A program made the translations under genes and the position numbers. Below are positions 35,475 to 50,469 of a stretch of 64,000 bases of DNA, in pieces. The DNA lies in NCBI GenBank assembly GCA_964016885.1, contig OZ024742.1, positions 139,686,001 to 139,750,000 on the forward strand. Reading direction: 5' to 3'. This DNA comes from Eledone cirrhosa (Eukaryota). How positions within the stretch are numbered: position 1 is the first letter of the stretch; each line of letters begins with the position of its first letter. The notes beneath the pieces are model-generated. The model had not been told where the DNA came from. It made no database searches and saw only the letters and a program-made list of their open reading frames with translations.

Positions 35475-36847
35475 ATAAGTATGTACACGTACATACATAT
35501 ATGTATACAGACGTACAGTAGTATGTATATATATATACATACATGCACACATATATATATATGTACGTATGGATTCACCGAACATTTATTATAATGCTCG
35601 GTGTGTTTGTAAACAAACATCCCGTATTAAGCCGTAGTGTCCAGCAACCATCGTTGCTCGTTTGTTCAGCACTGACAAAGGAACGCTGTACTAGTTTCAA
35701 GCTTATTAGCTATCGTCAGCAACGTATACCTTCCTGCCAGATTGTTGAACGTCTGAAAGTATATACTTACCTTATGCATATTAACGGCTGAGTAGCCCAA
35801 TTTGCATATCGAGTGGGTTAATCGGCCGGGTGCACCGAAAACGATAAACGGAAAAAATGAAACGAAATTTCATTTCCCACTCTTAGTACGGCTGTTACTT
35901 AAATATAAGTATGTACACGTACATACATATATGTATACAGACGTACAGTAGTATGTATATATATATACATACATGCAGACATATATATATGTACGTATGG
36001 ATTCACCGAACATTTATTATAATGCTCGGTGTGTTTGTAAACAAACATCCCGTATTAAGCCGTAGTGTCCTTTGTCAGTTTTGAACAAACGAGCAACGAT
36101 GGTTGCTGGACACTACAGCTTAATACGGGATGCTTGTTTACAAACGCACCGAGCATTATAATAAATATTTTAGTTATTCTCGCACCAACGTGAGGTATAT
36201 GATTTTTAATGCGATGAAATACCAATGATCGTTGGCAAATCACTGATGAGGGACTCATTTTATAACATGTTATCCATGTGCAACCATGCAGTATTCTTCT
36301 CCCCATATTTTTCACATATATTTACCTAAACTGCGATTCTGTGTTTCTCTCTTTCTCTCTTACTGCTCCCTCGTTCTCTCTGTTTCTCTTACTCTCTTTC
36401 GTCCCCTCTGTCATGTCAGTTAACACTTTCTCTCTACTGACCTCTTCCTCGCACTTCCACTCACTCACTCTCTGTTTCTCCCCTTCTTACCTCCTCCCGT
36501 TCGCTACGAAAACGATTTTCCTTCTTTCTAACATCCGATTCACGAGCGGAAGGTCTGTGTCTTACTCGCACATGTATTCACCCAGCTTATACTTACAGAA
36601 TAACCATGTTGCTTGTGTTTCTTTCTATCTTCGGTTAGCTTTCCCCTGTGTTGTTTACTTGTCTCACTCGCTTTATGCGTTTCAATTGTCCTAATAACTT
36701 ATTTTAGTTATTCTCGCACCAACGTGAGGTATATGATTTTTAATGCGATGAAATACCAATCATCGTTGGCAAATCACTAATGAGGGACTCATTTTATAAC
36801 ATGTTATCCACGTGCAACCATGCAATATTCTTCTCCCCATATTTTTC

Positions 36848-36850
<3 letters not shown>
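35475..36850. repeat. Compound direct and inverted repeat block (pLTR-like)
   Basis: 35475-35641 repeats at 35905-36070, an inverted copy lies at about 36069-36165, and 36166-36320 repeats at 36700-36850. Confidence 0.75.
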
Positions 36851-37285
<435 letters not shown>

Positions 37286-37344
37286 GCAAAAGTTCTATTT
37301 AAAATTGTTGGGATACAACAAGTAAATATTTTTATAACTGATAT

Positions 37345-39100
37345 AAAGCACTCGCGAACTTGAAAAACTGAATACAGATGCATCTTGTATAATGCATGAA
37401 TTAGACATTGAGAATAAATCACAACCCTTCATGCCTAGGAAACCTAAGATCAATATGAAGGATCACAAAAGAAACTTTGAAAATGATTTACCAGTCAGAT
37501 TAATTGCACCATCTAAATCTGGCCTGGGCAAACTTAGCAAAAATATTCTAGATAGGGTAATACAACAAATTAAAAACTTACCTAATTTATCTTACTTAAA
37601 ATTATGGAAAGGGACTAGTGAGGTTATCGATTGGTTTAAAGAAATTAAATATAGCTATAATAATAAGTTTATTCAGCTGGATATTGCTAACTACTATTCA
37701 TCTATCACTCCTAATCTACCGAATAAGGCACTAAATTACGCATTTAAACATACAGACCTAACTAGCAATGAAATGCGCATTATATTATCGGCAAGTAAAA
37801 CATTGATAGAATTTAATAACCAACTCTGGACTAGGGCAGATAGAAATAATAATTTCGACATAACTATGGGATCATCAGACTCAGCTCAGGTAACGGACCT
37901 TGTGGGCCTATTTATAATTAATTCGCTACATAGAAAAATACCAGGTGTAACCGGAGTCTTATATCGTGATGACATGCTTTTACTTATAGAAAATAATAGC
38001 TGTGAACTAAATAGAAAAAGAAAACAAATTATACAATTTTTTAATTACCTTAATCTAAAAGTAGAAATAGAGAATAGCCATAAAATAGTCAATTTTCTTG
38101 ACGTAACACTAAATCTCAACACATGTCTTCATTATCCATTTCACAAACTAAATGAGAACTTGAATTATGTTAATTTTAACTCTAATCACCCCAGATCTGT
38201 TAAAAATACTATAGTGAACTCTGTTCAAGAAAGAATTTCAAGAATTTCATCTAATAAAAATATATTTGATGAAAAAGCGCAGTATTACAACGAAGCGTTA
38301 GGTAGAGCTGGATATAGAAATAAAATTAAATACATTGATAATAAGCAAACTAACCAAAATAATAACAATTTTAATTATGGTAACAACTTTAACAACTATA
38401 ATAGAAAACATTACAATAATTCCAAAAGCCGAAAAAGAAATAGAACTAGAAATATATTATGGTTTGCTCCCCCTTTCTCACTAAATATTAAAACCCCTAT
38501 TGCTAAACTATTCTTTAAAGCTCTTGACAAACGCTTCCCTAGAACATTACTCAATTTTTAATAGACACACTATAAAATTAACTTACTCGTCCACCAAAAA
38601 TTTAGCACAAAATATTAAGAGAATTAATAATAGAAATTTAAAACCTAACCAAAATACCAATAATAACCCAAGCAATATTCAATTGAATAACTGTAACTGT
38701 AGAAATAAATCTAACTGTCCGTTAAATAACAACTGCTTAGCTAAAAATGTAGTGTACAATTGTAATGTTAAAACTAATTTAAATTCATTTAACTATGTTG
38801 GTTCTACCTCTACAGAATTTAAATTTCGCTTCAATAATCATAAAAATTCTTTCACAGATCCAAACAAAAAATCTTCAACTTTGCTATCTTAGCCTACTAT
38901 GGGACCTAAAACGAGATAATGTTAAATATTCGATGACTTGGAATATTATTTCATAAGCTACTCCTTTTAATTCCTCTTCAGAAAATTGTGATCTTTGTAT
39001 TGAAGAAATATTCTTTATATTAAAGTCCAAAAATTCCCTTAATCTAAGGAACAATTTATTCAGTTGCTGATTCCTTCACCTTTTTCTTTTTAAACTTTCT
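37345..39100 (+). pseudogene. Penelope-like element RT + GIY-YIG, 5'-truncated and disrupted
   Basis: VRLIAPSKS, IQLDIANYY, FDITMGSSDSAQ, LYRDD, VNFLDVTL, SNHP, WFAPPF, CNCRNKSNCPLNNNCL, VVY..YVG..FKFRFNNH. One frameshift near 38545, stops downstream. Confidence 0.9.
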
Positions 39101-40581
39101 TCCTAAATATAAACATAGATATAATAAACTACTCGAAAATGTCTATACTTCCAATGTCTTAAATAAAATATACGTAAGATAAATTTCTATACTAAATATA
39201 AGGATATCTGTAGAATCCTTGGGTTTTTTTAAATCTTTTAAATTTTTAAATTTTTAAATTTTTAAATTTTTTAAATTTTTTAAACTTTTTTAAATTTTTT
39301 AAATTTTTAAATTTTAAATTATATTGATATAATATTTATTTAACTTTTATTTTTATTTTTATTTTTATTTTTATTTTTATTTTTAGTTTTATTTATTTTT
39401 ATTAGTTTTTTGTTTTGATTCTGATAGCTTCTCATAATTTTCAATATCTTCTCATAATTTTCAATATCTTGATTGAAATATACGTAGGATAAATTTCTAT
39501 ACTAAATATATGAAACATTATTTTAACTTAAGATACTCTATAGTGTTTTAAAGATATTTAATGCTTTGATATTTCTAGAATTCGTTTGTCCTTTTGACTA
39601 TACTAATATAATTGTATTTCCAAAATATAATCCTTTGGTATTTTAAATTTATATTGTTATAATTATAATATTATAATTTTTTTATGATTGTATATATGTC
39701 TGTATGTATACATGAGCGATGCGGGAAGACGCACGCAAATATTTATTTATACATATATATGTGTATATATATATATGTATATGTATGTGTGTGGGTAAGA
39801 GATATGTTGCCTAACCACGCAGTTTTGATTGCAGATATGCATAATTTTAACAGAATGTTAAATGCATGAATGGTAATCGTATATATGAAGACATGAATGT
39901 TAATCGTATATATTTATGTATATATACTGAGAACAAGGAATGTATAGCAGTGATTAAGAGAAATCGTCTGCGTTTTGTATGTCTATATTGTTGACTTCAA
40001 TAAATATAATTTATAATTTCTATTTTCAGGACGTGCGTATATATATATATATATTTGTGTGTCTTTGCCTAAGATACTGATTTCTCTAGCAATGTGTACA
40101 TTTTGGATGATTAAACCCAAATTTTGGTATATTGATCTCAAGTTTTAAACTAAACATATAGTCATTATTAAACAATGTTTAATTTCTCATATTATATATT
40201 TATGTCCCATTCATGAATATTAATATTTATATTTTTATTATTCATTTCATATAAATTGTTAACTCAACTTAATATGACATGACGTAAAGTTTTCATTATC
40301 TCCCCCTCTCTCTATATAATATTTCTCTCTCTTGAGTTTTTCTATCTGTCTGATGACTTAATATCTCTCTGTTGCTTTCCTCTGTTTTTCTTATTTCTTC
40401 TTTTTTTTTCTTTCTTTCCTCCTGTCTTTATTTATCTCTTTCTTTTTTCTCCATGCATTTCTCTCTCTCCGATATTTCTCCACGTTTTTTCTTTCTCTCT
40501 CCGTCTTTTTCTTTCTCTCCGTCTTTTTCTAATTGTCCTTAACACTATGACTTATTAAAATAATATAAACAACTTGTTTTT

Positions 40582-40646
40582 CAAGGGCGGTGCCCCAGCA
40601 TGGCCTCAGCCGGATGGCTGAAACAGGTAAAAGAGTAAAAGAGTAA
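40582..40646 (+). mobile_element. Probable SINE 3' tail fragment
   Basis: AAGGGCGGTGCCCCAGCATGGCC..TGAAACAGGTAAAAGAGTAAAAG resembles a SINE tail. Recognised from memory only. Confidence 0.45.
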
Positions 40647-40730
40647 CTCACTATCCGGATGTCTTCCAAAAATAATGGTTGCATTTTAATAGGGTACGTC
40701 ATAGCTTATTTGTAAAACTGTTATATATTG

Positions 40731-40795
40731 TATTTTGTCTGATGAAGGCATACTATAATTTAATTTGGTATCCCTGAAATATGTATAATGAAATA
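40731..40795 (+). ncRNA. Type I hammerhead ribozyme at the 3' end of the PLE region
   Basis: TATTTTGT-CTGATGA-AGGCATAC..GTATCCCT-GAA-ATATGTAT-A-ATGAAATA, with AATAAA at 40792 and then a TA tract. Confidence 0.8.
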
Positions 40796-40834
40796 AATAT
40801 GGTTTTATAAATATAGTTTCCATTTATTAATATC

Positions 40835-40841
40835 GTATATC

Positions 40842-40892
<51 letters not shown>

Positions 40893-40895
40893 ATT

Positions 40896-40948
<53 letters not shown>

Positions 40949-41109
40949 ATATTTGTATATATATAAATATATATATATATTTGTATGCATATATGTGTGT
41001 ATGTATATATATATATGTATATATATATATTTGTATATATATATATATATGCGTGTGTGTGTATGTATATATATATATATATGTGTGTGTATGTATATAT
41101 ATAGATATG

Positions 41110-41166
<57 letters not shown>

Positions 41167-41285
41167 ATGTATATATATATGTGTGTATGTATATATATAT
41201 GTATATATATATATTTGTATATATATATATATATGTGTATGTATATATATGTGTGTGTATGTATATATATATATGTGTGTGTATG

Positions 41286-41316
<31 letters not shown>

Positions 41317-41341
41317 TTGTATATATGTATATATATATATT

Positions 41342-41408
<67 letters not shown>

Positions 41409-41443
41409 ATATATATATATATATATATGTGTATATATATATA

Positions 41444-41512
<69 letters not shown>

Positions 41513-41575
41513 ATATATATATATATATATATGTGTATATATATATATATATGTGTGTATATATATATATATATG

Positions 41576-41614
<39 letters not shown>

Positions 41615-41632
41615 TTGTATATATATATATAT

Positions 41633-41699
<67 letters not shown>
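40835..41699. repeat. (TA)n/(TG)n microsatellite
   Basis: Direct inspection. Confidence 0.95.
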
Positions 41700-41702
<3 letters not shown>

Positions 41703-42756
41703 GAATAATCGAGTATCGAAAAATCGGCGCACGAGTTCACGATAAACAAAATTCGATATGAGCGGCAGAGGGCTCAATAATTCAGATAAATCAGAGCTAT
41801 AACTATCGTTAAAATACCGTCACACATAGAACAAGTCTATAATCAACCGTACGACCGAAAGATTGCGATCTGGAAGATTCGGGACATTCAGAAAAAAAAT
41901 ATCAAAAAATCAATAAATCAAATGAATGTAAAAAGCATACCCGGACCCGCTAGAAAGATGGTAAATCTAGCTTCTTGGGTTTCTGTAAATCCTTAAACTG
42001 CCCTCTATCAGCTCACATAAAAATATATGAGACTTCTAGAAGCCAGCGGACGAGAAAATTTACTTCCTCAACGAGCCTTTGTCCGAACGAATGAAAAGGC
42101 ATAACCCAGGCTGAAGGAACGCACATGTAATTCAGCAAGGGAGATAACCTCTACATCCGCAAAAGATATTCGGGAAAATGTGGAAATACACATATCAAAT
42201 AAGAGTGCTCAATAGACATGTTAAAATAAACAGGAGCTATTCATCATTTAATAGAATCGACAAAAAATGAACAATAAAATTAACTGGTCATATATATATA
42301 TATAAATATATATATATAAATATATAAGTAAGTTAATTTTATAATTTTCTTATTTTACGTCTCTCATATTATTGTTCTGCAACCCCATGCATTGAACCAC
42401 ATTGTTAATAAGACAAAACCTATATATTTGCTAGCATTGATATGCATCTGTGTGTATATAAATGTTATTAGATATAAATTCCTTATAATTATCTCCAATT
42501 CATTTGTGGAGCAATATTTGGCCATGACTGCTACTATGGTAGTAAGCTGGCCGCTGTCTTAATAACCACTCGCTTTCCACTGATTGACCTCGATGTCACG
42601 TGATTGATTCTTTTTGAATTTGCCACAGACGTAGAGGCAGTGATTTTCTCAATGGCTTGGAATCCAGTCCACGCTTCGCTATTTCCATTCCACTGAATTA
42701 TTTTTTTAATAAGTTTCCAGTGTCCTCGCTATGCCTGGAGACCTATACGGAAAAAG

Positions 42757-42839
42757 ACTTTCCTGATGACGGAATGATTTTCTATATGTTTCTTCGGAAA
42801 ATATATTTACTCCATTCCAGAAACTAATTAGTTGGAAGT
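42757..42839 (+). ncRNA. Type I hammerhead ribozyme, unit 1
   Basis: ACTTTC-CTGATGA-cGGAATG..CATTCCa-GAA-ACTAATTAGT-T-GGAAGT. Confidence 0.85.
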
Positions 42840-43281
42840 GATTTTTTAGTAAGTAAGTTAATTTTATAATTTTCTTATTTTACGTCTCTCATGTTATTGT
42901 TCTGCAACCCCATGCATTGAACCACATTGTTAATAAGACAAAACCTATATATTTGCTAGCATTGATATGCATCTGTGTGTATATAAATGTTATTAGATAT
43001 AAATTCCTTATAATTATCTCCAATTCATTTGTGGAGCAATATTTGGCCATGACTGCTACTATGGTAGTAAGCTGGCCGCTGTCTTAATAACCACTCGCTT
43101 TCCACTGATTGACCTCGATGTCACGTGATTGATTCTTTTTGAATTTGCCACAGACGTAGAAGCAGTGATTTTCTCAATGGCTTGGAATCCAGTCCACGCT
43201 TCGCTATTTCCATTCCACTGAATTATTTTTTTAATAAGTTTCCAGTGTCCTCGCTATGCCTGGAGACCTATACGGAAAAAG

Positions 43282-43364
43282 ACTTTCCTGATGACGGAAT
43301 GATTTTCTATATGTTTCTTCGGAAAATATATTTACTCCATTCCAGAAACTAATTAGTTGGAAGT
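43282..43364 (+). ncRNA. Type I hammerhead ribozyme, unit 2
   Basis: Same motif, +525 bp. Confidence 0.85.
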
Positions 43365-43806
43365 GATTTTTTAGTAAGTAAGTTAATTTTATAATTTTCT
43401 TATTTTACGTCTCTCATGTTATTGTTCTGCAACCCCATGCATTGAACCACATTGTTAATAAGACAAAACCTATATATTTGCTAGCATTGATATGCATCTG
43501 TGTGTATATAAATGTTATTAGATATAAATTCCTTATAATTATCTCCAATTCATTTGTCGAGCAATATTTGGCCATGACTGCTACTATGGTAGTAAGCTGG
43601 CCGCTGTCTTAATAACCACTCGCTTTCCACTGATTGACCTCGATGTCACGTGATTGATTCTTTTTGAATTTGCCACAGACGTAGAAGCAGTGATTTTCTC
43701 AATGGCTTGGAATCCAGTCCACGCTTCGCTATTTCCATTCCACTGAATTATTTTTTTAATAAGTTTCCAGTGTCCTCGCTATGCCTGGAGACCTATACGG
43801 AAAAAG

Positions 43807-43889
43807 ACTTTCCTGATGACGGAATGATTTTCGATATGTTTCTTCGAAAAATATATTTACTCCATTCCAGAAACTAATTAGTTGGAAGT
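43807..43889 (+). ncRNA. Type I hammerhead ribozyme, unit 3
   Basis: Same motif, +1050 bp. The differences I saw fall in loop II. Confidence 0.85.
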
Positions 43890-44051
43890 TATTTTTTAGT
43901 AAGTTAATTTTATAATTTTCTTATTTTACGTCTCTCATATTATTGTTCTGCAACCCCATGCATTGAACCACATTGTTAATAAGACAAAACCTATATATTT
44001 GCTAGCATTGATATGCATCTGTGTGTATATAAATGTTATTAGATATAAATT

Positions 44052-44110
<59 letters not shown>

Positions 44111-44117
<7 letters not shown>

Positions 44118-45331
44118 GTGAGGTTTTTTTTACAAAATGAAAAATAACCGAGGTGTCCTACACGAGTGGAAGTATAAAGAAAAAGGGATGAAATCGAAAA
44201 TGCAACTGAAGTCTTATTTTTAAAAAAAATATATATATTTATTTGGTTCCTTTACCGGTTTCGCAGTTCTTTTGCTTTTCAAAAGGTGAGTTGAGATGGA
44301 GGGTCTGTGGTTTTTCTCACATCTGGTTGGTCTCTAAATGTTACTTGTTTTATATGGAAAAAGTGGCTCGAAAGCCAGGTTTTTCGAGAAGTAATTTGAT
44401 TGGTTTGTCAATAATTATAATAAATTTCGCGCCAGTTCGCGTTACAATAGTTCTTCAAATAAGAGAGGGGGGGTTGTCACAGGTTGTTTTTTCATATATG
44501 AGTGTTTGAATTTCTTTTTACTTGAAAAAATGAGGCTCACGAAGGCTTTTTTTTTTGGTTGGTTATAAATGAAATTTGGCTGTCACGTGAACAAGTTTTC
44601 ATTACATTTTTGCGCCCTTATTTGGAAAACTATTCTGTAGTCTTTATAGTGAATGTTATGACAATGGAGAGATAGTGGTCAAGGGAAAAGGGGTTGGGAG
44701 AAATGTTCTGGTTCAGTGAATATGGCCAGCTGTCAGAGTTCAGGTGTCAGAGTTCAGATTTTCTATTGAGACTGAAGATATGTGTTTATTTGTGTGCTTG
44801 TGTGTGTATATGTGTGTGTGTGTGTATTGGAAGATGATTCTATTAGTAGAGATGGGGGAGGGAGTTGTGTGTGTGTGTGTGTATATGGGTGTTATGTGTG
44901 TGTGTGCGAGTATGTTAAGATGGAGAGAATATATATTTTGTGTGTGTGTATATATATATGTGTGTAGGAAAGTGGTTCTATTAGTAGAAATGGGGAGGGA
45001 GTTGTAGGTGTGGGGGTTGTTATGTGTGTGTATGGGTGTTATGTGTGTGGGAGTATGGTTGGCATGTTAACTGGCGTGAAATTTATTATAATTATTGACA
45101 AACCAATCAAATTACTTCTCGAAAAACCTGGCTTTCGAGCCACTTTTTCCATATAAAACAAGTAACATTTAGAGACCAACCAGATGTGAGAAAAACCAGA
45201 CCCTCCATCTCAACTCACCTTTTGAAAAGCAGAAGAACTGCGAAACCGGTAAAGGAACCAAATAAATATATATATTTTTTTTTAAAATAAGACTTCAGTT
45301 GCATTTTCGATTTCATCCCTTTTTCTTTATA
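44111..45331. mobile_element. Fold-back pLTR-like element with arms of about 265 bp
   Basis: Arms at about 44173-44438 and 45068-45331. HHR variants at 44249-44286 (-) and 45218-45255 (+). TA flanks. Confidence 0.85.
45218..45255 (+). ncRNA. Minimal type I hammerhead, U3:A8 core variant
   Basis: CCTT-TTGAAAA-GCAG aagaa CTGC-GAA-ACCGGT-A-AAGG, with AATAAA at 45261. Confidence 0.7.
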
Positions 45332-45718
45332 TATATATATATATATATTTGTATATATATCATAAATTATGTCTATAGAATCATTTGATAAAATATATAC
45401 ACTATTTCCTCTACCAATCAACATAATTAACCACATAAAAAATCAATTAAACCAGGCTATAAGAATAAAGGCTCCTATGAAGAAACATTTTATAAATAAA
45501 CGAAAGCGGCCTCTTCGCGGCCGACCGCAATAGAGTTTTTACCCAACATTTCAACAGCATGTAGAAATTGACTAAATATACCGTCAACCATACACAATTA
45601 GGTATAAATTTGAAGTTCGAAGAAATGCATACATTCTTACCGTGATTACGTCCCTACCATGGTTTCATTCGTATTTTGAGATATCCTATTAAGGATAAAT
45701 CTCGAGTATCGAACTATT

Positions 45719-46080
<362 letters not shown>

Positions 46081-46301
46081 AACAATTAAGTTAAAGTGTA
46101 CATCTACATATGTATACGGAAGTATTAGTATGCATATAAATACACACATGTATACATCTGTACATGTACTCAGTTTTTCACTAGACACTTTACAGTGAGT
46201 GTCAGCTAGTCTGTATGTAACCACACAGACGGACCGGGTTTTAGAGTCATACGAGGTTTCAAGGAAACACATTTCCTCTATTCTCCAGAGGGCCAGACAG
46301 G

Positions 46302-46346
46302 AATATTGGACTAGTTTCGATGTTATTACATCTCATCAGCAATATT
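46302..46346 (-). ncRNA. Minimal canonical type I hammerhead ribozyme
   Basis: Minus strand: AATATTG-CTGATGA-GATGT aata ACATC-GAA-ACTAGT-C-CAATATT, with a GUC cleavage triplet. Confidence 0.92.
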
Positions 46347-46489
46347 TACCCATCTTCCGGCTTCTCTGGAGAATTGTAAAAGCACATATCGTTATATGCT
46401 TTTTCTATGAAAATTAGTAGTGGGTAGACTAATTTGCATAGAACGTGAGTTAGAAGCGAAACGAAATTTAATTTCGTTTCGTTATTTGT

Positions 46490-47115
<626 letters not shown>

Positions 47116-49070
47116 ATCTATCTATCTAAGGCGGGTAAAATTCCCGAGATCCATGGACGAGTTCTCTCCAGCGGTCTCTGTCCCTCATTATCGCTGCCAT
47201 ATCCTGCATCTCCAACAGACCAGTGTCTGTCCTTAGGGCATCAACATATGTTAACCTTGGTCTTCCTCTTCTAGTGTGTCCATGTAGGGGCTCCCAAAGG
47301 AGCACTGAGTGGAATGTCAACTCTGGATGTCGGTGAGCATCTCCAGCCAACCTCAGTCTCCTCTGTGTCACTTTTGAGCTGACTTTTGGGATGCTCCCAT
47401 ACAGCTCTGAGATTTTCATCCTCAGTGTATACTGATTAATGTTCAGAGCCATCCTCAGCATTCTCGTGTAGCACTCATCCACCATCTGAGTGAGTCTCTT
47501 GGTCAGTGTCCAAGTCTCAGACCCATACAGCAGCACAGACTTCACTACAGCAATGAAGAGGCGGATTTTCAGGTCTCTACGAAGGTCCGACTTCCACACC
47601 GATCTCAAGCTGTGACACGCCGCCCAGGCCTTGCTCTTCCTCTCAACCACATCATCTTCCGTATTCCCAATCTTTGCTCCCAAATACAGGAAGTCCTCAA
47701 CCAATTCCAGCGGCTTCCCCCTACATTAGTGATCCCCTCTGGCTTCTCAACATTCTCTACCAGATATTTTGTTTTAGTCTCATTCATTCTCAGCCCCACA
47801 CTCATCGACACAGTCTCAACCTCCCGCATCAAATCCTCTGCCTCCTTCACTGTATTTGTCACCAAAACTATGTCGTCGGCAAATTCAGCATCCGATACCT
47901 TTTTCGCCCCAACTCTCCTGCTCTGAGCCGGTGCTACAGTAAAGCCAGAGTCCTGGTGTTTCTCCAGTGCAAGGCGCATACAATAGTCCACTACGATGAT
48001 AAAAAGGTAGGGAGCCAATGTATCTCCCTGGAGCACTCCAGCCAGTATCTCAAAGAACTCTGTCATCCCATCAGGTGTAATGACTTGGGCTTTGGTGTTG
48101 GTGTAGAGCAGTGATATCAGGTCCACTATCCTCTTGGGGATTCCATAAGCCTGTAAGATCTTCATCCGGCAGTAACGGTCCACAGAATCAAAGGCCTTCC
48201 TAAAGTCAATGAAAACCATGACCGCAGGAAGACACTTTGCTCTAGCTCCCTCTAATATCCTCCTCAGCATCAGGATGTGACTGGTGGTTGATCTACCCTC
48301 TCTGAAGCCGTTCTGGTTGTCCCTGAGCTTCTTCTCCATCTCAGGCTGGATCCTGTTAAGAATCATCCTGTTGAGGGTCTTTGCCACAAGTGACGTCAGT
48401 GAGATCCCCTGGTAGTTGTTGGTGTTAGAGAGATCTCCCTTCTTTGGCACTGGGACGATGTTACTGATCCTCCACTGATTCGGGGCAACTCCTTTCTCCA
48501 GTGCCCCGTTACAGAACCCCAGGATGATATCATCAAAATCACACCTCTTCATCACCTCTGATGCCACTCCATCTTCTCCATGAGCCTTACCCTCCTTGAT
48601 CTTCTTCTTGGCTCTCTGAAGCTCCTCTCTGGTGAAGGGCTCTGTCTCAACATCCAGTTCCTCAAACAGCCGCCTGATCTCCCCAGTGCTCTGGGCTGTG
48701 GAGGGTGGCTCTCCTAGTAGGGTCCTAAAATGGTCTAGGCATTTCCTCTTCCTATCCTCGGGCCCCGTTCCCTGGATCTGACTCGAACACCTTTTCTTCC
48801 TCCCTGTGATCTCGTTGATGATCATCCAGCTCTCCTTACATCCAGATCTGTCATCCGCTCTCTCCACACTTCTGACCTTCTCTATCAGTGCCTCCTCTCT
48901 GACCTCAGTGTAAGCGGTACAGAGCTCTTCCCTCATCACCTCCACAGTCTCCATCCTCTCCTCCGTAGGATCAGCATAGAATTGGTCCCTGGCAGCTTTC
49001 AGGTGTTCTCTGGCTGCACACACTTTTGGGTTTGCAGAGCTGACGTGCTTCACTATATGACGTGCTTCCC
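47116..49070 (-). mobile_element. 5'-truncated RTE-clade LINE in (TA)n, with one frameshift
   Basis: IVPVPKKGD, NQNGFR, IDFRKAFDSV, GVLQGDTLAP, FADD, LLYGSETW. A 1-bp deletion near 47717 relative to the 2455 copy. (TAGA)n tail. Confidence 0.92.
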
Positions 49071-49121
<51 letters not shown>

Positions 49122-49126
49122 ATTTA

Positions 49127-49160
<34 letters not shown>

Positions 49161-49182
49161 TATATTTATATATATATATATT

Positions 49183-49215
<33 letters not shown>

Positions 49216-49218
49216 ATT

Positions 49219-49309
<91 letters not shown>

Positions 49310-49318
49310 ATATATATT

Positions 49319-49351
<33 letters not shown>

Positions 49352-49354
49352 ATT

Positions 49355-49496
<142 letters not shown>

Positions 49497-49551
49497 TCGT
49501 TTCTGAATTTGTTTAGCAAGATTCTTTATCTGAAATCGTGTGTTGAAACCG

Positions 49552-49737
49552 ATATTGTTATACTTTGGGAGGGTCATGTTGCCAATAAGAAACACACGCA
49601 CTAGTTGCTTTCACTTCAAATTATTATATATTTATAAATTTACAAATCTATTTGTAAATATATAATAAATTGAAGTGAAAGCAACTGGTGCGTGTGTTTC
49701 TTATTGGCAACATGACCCTCCCAAAGTATAACAATAT
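49552..49737. repeat. Fold-back element between TA tracts
   Basis: Arms of about 90 bp around 49645-49650. One arm recurs at 55380-55497. Confidence 0.85.
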
Positions 49738-49818
49738 ATATATATATTTATATATATATATAATATATATATATATATATAATATATATATATATATATA
49801 ATATATATATATTTATAT

Positions 49819-49916
<98 letters not shown>

Positions 49917-49917
49917 T

Positions 49918-49948
<31 letters not shown>

Positions 49949-49961
49949 ATATATTTATATA

Positions 49962-50018
<57 letters not shown>

Positions 50019-50029
50019 TATATTTATAT

Positions 50030-50060
<31 letters not shown>

Positions 50061-50072
50061 ATATATATATAT

Positions 50073-50469
50073 AAATGAGAGGTATAGAGATTGTTTTAGC
50101 AAGAAGCTAACGGCATTCTATAACATATATGCGACTATAACGTCAAGATGGGAAAAGTAGTTAACGAAAGATTTAGGAAAAATAACTCAAACTCATCTCA
50201 AAAGAGAATCAGGATATAAATTCATCCACAGAATTTAGTGAAATCCGGGGAAAAATCTATAGACCTTTAACTCATGATAAAATAAAGTTTGAAACACTTA
50301 TCCTTCAATTTGGAATAACATCAAATGCTCTGTATAGTCTTAAAAGACTATTTCATGAAAACTTTCAGTGGAGATGGTCACGGTTGGATTTCATTCATCA
50401 GCAGAGCTCAACAGAAAACCAGGGCTCTCACAGTAATATAATCCGAAAAAGGGAATTCTAAAACTGGCT
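50073..50469 (-). mobile_element. 395-bp HHR-bearing element, copy 2
   Basis: Near-identical to 27774-28168. Confidence 0.8.
50327..50407 (-). ncRNA. Canonical type I hammerhead ribozyme
   Basis: As 28028-28108, but stem I is fully Watson-Crick (GCTCTG/CAGAGC). Confidence 0.9.

Larger units (their letters stand above)
42325..44057 (+). mobile_element. Tandem array of 3.3 x 525-bp units, each full unit with a hammerhead (retrozyme-like)
   Basis: AGTTAATTTT recurs at 42331, 42856, 43381 and 43902. Units are nearly identical and TA tracts flank both sides. Confidence 0.9.

Noticed and set aside
40345-40365. CTGATGA (also at 26333)
   Set aside because: No matching stem II, GAAA and stem III downstream.
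41700-42290. Island between TA tracts searched for ribozymes or ORFs
   Set aside because: I found no HHR core or coding signal by eye, so it is left unannotated.
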